A stretch of DNA of 64,000 nt from an uncultured Bacteroidota bacterium (GTDB lineage: Bacteria > Bacteroidota > Bacteroidia > Bacteroidales > P3), in contig CADAWR010000014.1 of assembly GCA_902791695.1 (NCBI GenBank), positions 6,717 through 70,716 on the forward strand, read 5' to 3'. Every line of letters starts with the position of its first letter. Positions within the stretch are counted from its first letter, which is position 1. This document shows positions 59,300 through 64,000 of the stretch, one piece after another. A model generated the notes under the pieces. The model was not told where the DNA came from. It worked only from the letters and a program-made list of their open reading frames with translations, and searched no databases. The position numbers and the translations under genes were made by a program.

Positions 59300-59554
59300 T
59301 CATGATTCCTGTTTTTTTAGCTTCGGCAGCAGCTTGCCGATGCGGTCTTCCCTTACGACCTTCGGCGCCGCCTTCCCGGCCAGTACCAGCACTTTCTTAC
59401 CGTTGCGGTAGATATGCAGCTGGCGCGAGCGCACCACAGCCGTCAGCTCCTCATCCTCCTGCATAGCCTGCCACAGCCGGTGGTATTCTCCGCCCTCGGC
59501 GAACAGCTTCCGCTGCAGGTGCGAGCACATGTCGGTTGTATCAATGAGTATCAT
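59300..59554 (-). CDS. Small hypothetical protein (84 aa)
   Basis: Start at MILIDTTDM, with an ATGA overlap with the upstream gene. The longer 128-aa version overlaps the upstream coding region. Confidence 0.5.
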   Translation of the reverse strand: MILIDTTDMCSHLQRKLFAEGGEYHRLWQAMQEDEELTAVVRSRQLHIYRNGKKVLVLAGKAAPKVVREDRIGKLLPKLKKQES

Positions 59555-60168
59555 CTTTTCCAAGCGCCTATTACCTCTCCGATGTATACCGTGTGGATGC
59601 CGGCCTCGAAGCCGTCGTACCACTCCTTGGGCGTCGCGTTGCGGAAGTCCTGCTCCGTCTGGTGCCATGCGGTCATCGTCTCGCATTCTATCACCGTCTT
59701 GGCCTCCTCATAGTAGGGCGTGCCGTGCTCGGTATATGCCACGTGAAGGCCCAGCGCCGCAGCCTTGTCGCCGTCGCGGCCGCTGTTCTTGCCCATATAC
59801 TTCCATACTTCCGGGTCGTCGAACTCCATGACGGTGAAGCGCGGATGCCGCTCCATGAACTCGTAGGTGTAGCGTGCCGGCGCCACATACACCGTCACCG
59901 CCGCACGCTCGTGCCCCAGGTAGTTGCCGATGCCGCCCCAGCCGATGGTCATGGCGTTGCTCTCCGTGCTGTCACCGCAGCAGAGGATGAGGTTCTTAGT
60001 GAAGAAGGTGAAGCCGTTGTCCGTAAAATCCTTCTGCACGTCGAAAGCTTTCAATTCGCTGTTCATAGCCGCTTCCTGTTTGTCGTTATGCTTCTGATTA
60101 TTGCCGCAGCCGGCCAGCATGGCCAGCGTCAACACTGCGGCAAACAATGTGTGTATCGTCTTTTTCAT
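59551..60168 (-). CDS. Flavin reductase-like (FMN-binding split barrel) protein with lipoprotein signal peptide
   Basis: Start at MKKTIHTLFAAVLTLAMLAGC. NAMTIGWGGIGNYLG...VTVYVAPARYTYEFME is typical of the family. On the minus strand, a TATCTTTG -7 box maps to plus-strand coordinates 60190-60197, 22 nt upstream of the start. Confidence 0.75.
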   Translation of the reverse strand: MKKTIHTLFAAVLTLAMLAGCGNNQKHNDKQEAAMNSELKAFDVQKDFTDNGFTFFTKNLILCCGDSTESNAMTIGWGGIGNYLGHERAAVTVYVAPARYTYEFMERHPRFTVMEFDDPEVWKYMGKNSGRDGDKAAALGLHVAYTEHGTPYYEEAKTVIECETMTAWHQTEQDFRNATPKEWYDGFEAGIHTVYIGEVIGAWKR

Positions 60169-60249
60169 TGGTTTTATTTTTTTTGCAAAGATACACATTA
60201 TTGCTGGAACTGCCAAAAAAAACACCACGACACACACCGTTTGCCCCTC

Positions 60250-60978
60250 CTATCGCACCTCGGGAGTCAGTCCGCCATAGCTCTCGGCGGCCTTAAGGAG
60301 GGCCTCCTCGGTGGTGAAAGGCAGGTAGTAGGTGCACCGCGTGACCACCTGCTGACTGCTGCACTTCTCCGCGCGGATATGCACCAGCGCCCAACCGGTC
60401 ATGTCGTCGGCGAAGCCCTCGTCCACCAAGGCCAGCCGCCCGTCGACCTCCCGGAAAGCGTCCACCTGTAGGTCCTCTGCGCTGATGCGCACCATCGGCC
60501 GACGGCTCTCCAAGGTCTGGCGCAGGGTGTAGAGCCGCAGCTTGTCGCCACGCCGCAGGTCGGCGGCGGCAAGTGAGGTGAGCAAGGCGGCAGTGCCGTC
60601 CACCTCGCCCAGCCGCTGCTCCACCACCGGCAGCACACCGTCGCTCACCGGCATGCCGGGCAGCAGCAGGCTGGCGCCGTACATCGGTCCGAGGCACGGT
60701 GTGTAGACCACCGGCGTGCGACGCATCAGTGTGCGGAAACGGGCGTAGGCCGTGGGCGTCTTCTCGAACAGCGGCTCGCCGGCCCAGCAGAGCATCTTCC
60801 ACAGGCGACAGCTGTGCGTCAGCTGCTGCCGCGCGACGAACTGCGCCCGCGTGCGCCGCTTGGGCTGTTCACTGTGTGCCGTCCGCATAATCGTCTGTTC
60901 TCCACGGAGGTAGAATGTCACTCCGCTCTTCTTAAGGCTGCCGTTCAAGAACAGTCCCATAGACTTCTGTTTACCCAT
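60250..60978 (-). CDS. Hypothetical protein (weakly DUF6266-like N-terminus)
   Basis: 242 aa, very GC-rich. Begins MGKQKSMGLFLNGSLKKSGVTFYLRGEQTIMRT...RTRAQFVARQQ. A strong AAGGAGG Shine-Dalgarno element lies 8 nt upstream of the ATG, which is unusual for this phylum. Confidence 0.6.
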   Translation of the reverse strand: MGKQKSMGLFLNGSLKKSGVTFYLRGEQTIMRTAHSEQPKRRTRAQFVARQQLTHSCRLWKMLCWAGEPLFEKTPTAYARFRTLMRRTPVVYTPCLGPMYGASLLLPGMPVSDGVLPVVEQRLGEVDGTAALLTSLAAADLRRGDKLRLYTLRQTLESRRPMVRISAEDLQVDAFREVDGRLALVDEGFADDMTGWALVHIRAEKCSSQQVVTRCTYYLPFTTEEALLKAAESYGGLTPEVR

Positions 60979-61047
60979 AAATATATCCTCCTTATTTGTT
61001 TAACTTCTTATACCAACACCTGCAATCCACTATCTGCAAGTATCTTA

Positions 61048-61091
61048 AACGATATTTCAACGATACTTCAACGATAATACAACGATAGATA
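61048..61091. repeat. Four tandem 11-bp units AACGATAnnn(n), with inverted copies at 61090-61097 and 61123-61129
   Basis: AACGATA begins at 61048, 61059, 61070 and 61081 (exact 11-bp phasing). TATTGTTG and TATCGTT are on the opposite strand downstream. Confidence 0.7.
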
Positions 61092-61247
61092 TTGTTGAAA
61101 TATTGTAATACTAACGTTAAATTATCGTTAAAATAATGGATTACCCAACTTGCCAACACAATGTACGCCCATGAAAGGCCATTCCGGGGATAGATACAAA
61201 TTGCAATAAACTGCAAAATAATTTTTCCTCATTCCATTTTATTTTAG

Positions 61248-61255
61248 TATCTTTG
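61248..61255 (+). promoter_or_regulatory. Candidate -7 box (TATCTTTG) for the ORF6N gene cluster
   Basis: TAnnTTTG 75 nt upstream of the ATG at 61330. Confidence 0.45.
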
Positions 61256-61260
61256 TAAAA

Positions 61261-61282
61261 TCACGTATTGTATTATACGTGA
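61261..61282. promoter_or_regulatory. Dyad-symmetric operator candidate / 5' RNA hairpin TCACGTAT-N6-ATACGTGA
   Basis: Perfect 8-bp arms lying immediately downstream of the -7 box, at about the expected transcription start. Confidence 0.45.
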
Positions 61283-61329
61283 TGTATTGTTGTCGTTATT
61301 AGACTATTACAGAAAGAACGCCAAACAAA

Positions 61330-62019
61330 ATGGCCGCAGATATTGCCATAAAGGAAACAGCTGACATCGAAGTCATCAAGCATTGCATCCACGAGGTGCG
61401 GGGCATGCAAGTTATGCTTGACCGCGACTTGGCGGAGTTGTATGGGGTGGAGACTAAAGTCTTGAACCAAGCGGTCAAACGCAATATTGAGCGGTTCCCA
61501 GAAGACTTTATGTTTAAACTTAATAGAAAAGATGTATTCTTTTTGAAATCACAGCAAATAACTGTGAATGAGCATAATGTAGACTTGAGGTCACAAATTG
61601 TGACCTCAAGTCCAGAAGATATTGATGCAGAGAGCGATACGCATTTGAAATCGCAAATCGCGACTTCAAATTGGGGCGGTGGACGTTATCTACCCTATGC
61701 TTTTACTGAATTGGGTATTGCTATGTTGAGTTCGGTGTTGCGGTCGGAGACAGCCATACAGGTCAACATCAATATTATGCGGGCGTTTGTGGCCATTCGT
61801 CACGCGATAGTTGCCTGGCAGGGTGTAAACTTGAAGGTGGAGCAACTGTCGCACAAGGTCGACAATCTCAACGCCCGTGTGGACGAGATTCTCCACGAGC
61901 AAAACGAGAACAATATGGAGGTGGCCGTGCAGATAAGCGCCCTCAACGACGCCCTCGACCAACTGCGCGAGAAGCCATCAACGCCCCGGAAACGGATAGG
62001 GTTCAAACAGAAGAAATAA
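61330..62019 (+). CDS. ORF6N domain-containing protein (paralog A)
   Basis: EVRGMQVMLDRDLAELYGVETKVLNQAVKRNIERFPEDFMF...RYLPYAFTELGIAMLSSVLRSETAIQVNI.IMRAFV, with a coiled-coil tail. Confidence 0.85.
   Translation: MAADIAIKETADIEVIKHCIHEVRGMQVMLDRDLAELYGVETKVLNQAVKRNIERFPEDFMFKLNRKDVFFLKSQQITVNEHNVDLRSQIVTSSPEDIDAESDTHLKSQIATSNWGGGRYLPYAFTELGIAMLSSVLRSETAIQVNINIMRAFVAIRHAIVAWQGVNLKVEQLSHKVDNLNARVDEILHEQNENNMEVAVQISALNDALDQLREKPSTPRKRIGFKQKK
61582..61612. repeat. 31-bp perfect palindrome inside ORF6N paralog A
   Basis: GACTTGAGGTCACAA-A-TTGTGACCTCAAGTC, encoding DLRSQIVTSS. Confidence 0.9.
61834..62010 (+). repeat. Direct repeat shared by the 3' ends of the two ORF6N paralogs (copy 1)
   Basis: My manual alignment with 62820-62996 gives 17 mismatches over 177 nt, including a 40-nt identical run. 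Confidence 0.8.
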
Positions 62020-62026
62020 AAAGATT

Positions 62027-62359
62027 ATGGCAAAGGCACATGAAATAAACGTCAAAGACACTACCATCAGGACGATGAAGGTGGGAGAGACGGATTATAT
62101 CTGTATCACGGATATTGCGAGGCAGAAGAATCCGTTGGAGCCTACTGCTGTTGTGGGTAATTGGATGCGAAACAGGAACACCATAGAGTATCTTGGTATT
62201 TGGGAATATTTGAATAATCCCAATTTTAACCCCATCGAATTCGAGGGGTTTATTAACGAGGGCTTCCATCAACGTGACCGCCTGCACAAACTCAACAAGA
62301 TAGCCATCCAGCAAATGACCGTGCTGGAAGAAGTGGAAAATAGGAAACTGCTGAAATAG
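62027..62359 (+). CDS. KilA-N family remnant (N-terminal and C-terminal pieces only)
   Basis: ICITDIA...VVGNWMRNRNTIEYLGIWEYLNNPNFNPIEFEGF is the KilA-N N-terminus. The expected GRYGGTYAH/DIA.EF core is absent, and the tail LHKLNKIAIQQMTVL follows directly. Confidence 0.7.
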   Translation: MAKAHEINVKDTTIRTMKVGETDYICITDIARQKNPLEPTAVVGNWMRNRNTIEYLGIWEYLNNPNFNPIEFEGFINEGFHQRDRLHKLNKIAIQQMTVLEEVENRKLLK

Positions 62360-62369
62360 AAACATTGAA

Positions 62370-63008
62370 ATGAATGAGGAAATAATCATAAAGGCAAATA
62401 CAGACATTGAAGTCATCAAACACCGCATATACGAGGTTCGGGGACAGCGTGTGATGCTTGACCGCGACTTGGCAGAGTTGTATGGTGTTGAAACGCGTGT
62501 ACTAAATCAGGCTGTGAAACGTAATATTGAACGTTTCCCCGAGGACTTTATGTTCCAACTGACAGCAGAAGAAAGGGATAGTATGTCATCACAAATTGTG
62601 ATGACATACGGTCAAGAAGGCGATATGTCGTCACAAATTGTGATGACATCACCAAGCAAGCGTCCTAAAGTAGCCCTGCCGTATGCTTTTACCGAACATG
62701 GAGCACTGATGCTGGCTTCCGTATTGAAAAGTCCTTCTGCAATCCAAATGAGTGTGATGGTCACTCGCGCATTTATAGCGATGCGTGAAGCCCTTAGTGG
62801 TATGATGTCTGTAAACTACAAGGTGGAACAACTGTCGCACAAGGTGGATTCGCTCAATGCCCGTGTGGACGAGATTCTCCACGAGCAGAATGAGAACAAC
62901 ATGGAGATGGCCGTGCAGATAAGCGCCCTCAACGACGCCCTCGACCAGCTGCGCGAGAAACCAACAACGCCACGGAAACGGATAGGGTTTAAACAAGAGA
63001 ACAAATGA
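62370..63008 (+). CDS. ORF6N domain-containing protein (paralog B)
   Basis: EVRGQRVMLDRDLAELYGVETRVLNQAVKRNIERFPEDFMFQLT...LPYAFTEHGALMLASVLKS. Its tail is nearly identical to paralog A. Confidence 0.85.
   Translation: MNEEIIIKANTDIEVIKHRIYEVRGQRVMLDRDLAELYGVETRVLNQAVKRNIERFPEDFMFQLTAEERDSMSSQIVMTYGQEGDMSSQIVMTSPSKRPKVALPYAFTEHGALMLASVLKSPSAIQMSVMVTRAFIAMREALSGMMSVNYKVEQLSHKVDSLNARVDEILHEQNENNMEMAVQISALNDALDQLREKPTTPRKRIGFKQENK
62581..62609. repeat. 29-bp perfect palindrome inside ORF6N paralog B
   Basis: GTATGTCATCACAA-A-TTGTGATGACATAC, encoding SMSSQIVMTY. Confidence 0.9.
62625..62649. repeat. Second (one-mismatch) copy of the palindrome in paralog B, 42 bp from the first
   Basis: ATGTCGTCACAA-A-TTGTGATGACAT. 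Centres at 62595 and 62637. Confidence 0.85.
62820..62996 (+). repeat. Direct repeat shared by the 3' ends of the two ORF6N paralogs (copy 2)
   Basis: See 61834-62010. Confidence 0.8.
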
Positions 63009-63067
63009 TTGTGCTGAAAGAGATTTGGGATATAGTTAATAAATACTAATGACGTAGGAAGACAGTC

Positions 63068-63727
63068 ATGGATATTTACTATATAAAAAAGCAGGATTTG
63101 TTTTATTCCTACTGCATGAATTTAAAATTGCCAGAAGGGAATTGGGAGAGATATAGATTTGTAAATAACCAACTTGTCCAGCATGATAATTCAGGGGCGC
63201 TAATGTCCGCACTTTATTCAGTAGGTATTTTATACCAGCAACCATATAATCGGAGGAAGGGGAGGGCAGCATTTTTTCCACTATTCAGCAATTACATGCA
63301 GGTCAAGGAACTCAATGCATGTTTGAGTAGAATTGATAAAATTGATTATTTGAGAGTATTATTTGTAATTGAAACTATAAAGGATACATATCCAAATGTT
63401 GCTGTATATTTCCCAAGAAAACAAATAAATGGGTGGAAAAAATACAAAACGTTCCACTTGCAACCATTTTCAGAAAAGCTTGATGCATTTAACATTATGA
63501 ATTCATTTGAACCGACTGCTTTTTTAAATACAAATGCCGATACCATTGTGATTTTTGAAGTGTCGTCTGATCCAAAATCAATAGACAATAATATTAACGA
63601 GATAGTCAAAGTATACAACCAACAGCCCCCAAATCTAATTTACTTATCTCTTTTTACAGAGGTTGATAAGGAGGGGAAGATTCTATACTATAAAAATGAA
63701 GAAATTGGAAAAATGTTTAGGCGATAA
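63068..63727 (+). CDS. Hypothetical protein, AT-rich gene, no recognisable domain
   Basis: 219-aa uninterrupted ORF in roughly 30% GC DNA (one 60-nt line counted at 16/60). Asn/Lys/Ile/Tyr-rich composition consistent with foreign origin. Confidence 0.6.
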   Translation: MDIYYIKKQDLFYSYCMNLKLPEGNWERYRFVNNQLVQHDNSGALMSALYSVGILYQQPYNRRKGRAAFFPLFSNYMQVKELNACLSRIDKIDYLRVLFVIETIKDTYPNVAVYFPRKQINGWKKYKTFHLQPFSEKLDAFNIMNSFEPTAFLNTNADTIVIFEVSSDPKSIDNNINEIVKVYNQQPPNLIYLSLFTEVDKEGKILYYKNEEIGKMFRR

Positions 63728-63758
63728 GAGGTTAAACTAATATACAAATTCATTAATC

Positions 63759-64000
63759 ATGGCCATATTAAGATGTTCTAGTTGCGGACAAGAATACAAT
63801 TCTGTTCTTCCAGTATGCCCATCATGTGGAATAGATGTGTCAATGGCTGTTACAATTAATGAACAAGGTTCACTACACGACGGCACAGGAGGAAAGGATT
63901 TTAAGATAATTCATAGGTTGAGCACCACATTTGGAAACGATGTGACTATATTCAAGAAAGACTCTTATACTTATGGTGTAGCACAATCCATTCGTGATAT
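63759..64000 (+). CDS. Hypothetical protein with N-terminal zinc ribbon (3' end outside window)
   Basis: Manual translation MAILRCSSCGQEYNSVLPVCPSCGIDVSMAVTINEQGSLHDGTGGKDFKIIHRLSTTFGNDVTIFKKDSYTYGVAQSIRD... is open to the window edge. CxxC-N11-CxxC motif. Confidence 0.5.
   Translation, partial: MAILRCSSCGQEYNSVLPVCPSCGIDVSMAVTINEQGSLHDGTGGKDFKIIHRLSTTFGNDVTIFKKDSYTYGVAQSIRD

Noticed and set aside
61048-61091. Possibility that the 11-bp tandem units are a mini-CRISPR array or a VNTR
   Set aside because: The units are far too short, with no spacer-repeat architecture, and there are no cas genes. Position in a divergent promoter region favours protein-binding sites.
60992-61216. 74-aa minus-strand ORF across the AACGATA repeat region
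   Set aside because: It is translated largely from the repeat array and AT-rich spacer, giving an Ile/Tyr/Asn/Leu-rich product. It would overlap the regulatory region of both flanking genes, and it has no start context.

Overview
The window is a GC-rich (about 55-60% by eye) chromosomal segment. I read it as Bacteroidales/Bacteroidota on four grounds. TAnnTTTG -7 promoter boxes sit in front of many genes. There are many lipoprotein (Cys) and 'A|Q' signal-peptidase I signal peptides. Three proteins carry C-terminal T9SS sorting domains. The gene content is typical (glutaminyl cyclase, LptB/LptFG, KdsD, DUF1343/NamZ, C69 dipeptidase). Most of the window is densely packed housekeeping: clpP (3' end), dut, recQ, kdsD-lptB-manC-like, efp, tRNA-Glu, rpsT, eno, rsgA, cdd, a tdh-like gene, ppiD-like, dxr-rseP-lptF/G-pyrK-pyrD, metG, an S41 protease, TlpA, Mrp/NifU, PduO-type adenosyltransferase, TatD, ybaK and an aldose epimerase. 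I found no rRNA, CRISPR array, integrase or transposase.

Items worth follow-up:
1. A translationally coupled three-gene cassette at 2379-3300 (DUF3791 / DUF3990 / DUF3791). Its middle protein shows the His and Tyr elements of an H-Y-E (PARP/DarT/Tpt1-like) ADP-ribosyltransferase core.
2. A low-GC accessory patch at the 3' end (about 60980-64000). It holds two paralogous ORF6N genes bracketing a gutted KilA-N gene, 29-31 bp perfect palindromes embedded in the ORF6N coding sequences with compensatory substitutions, an 11-bp-phased AACGATA repeat array, and two AT-rich unknown genes (the second has a zinc-ribbon N-terminus and runs off the window).
3. A four-copy family of roughly 100-130 bp intergenic palindromic (REP/MITE-like) elements built from 11-nt sub-repeats.
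4. A frameshifted sigma-70-family gene followed by two small membrane-protein genes, lying upstream of a 2511-aa modular T9SS surface protein.
5. Smaller oddities: an insertion of about 29 aa in LptB, a compositionally chimeric T9SS cargo gene, and an SR-rich/His-Trp-rich secreted protein.

All domain assignments come from reading the translations by eye. No searches were run.
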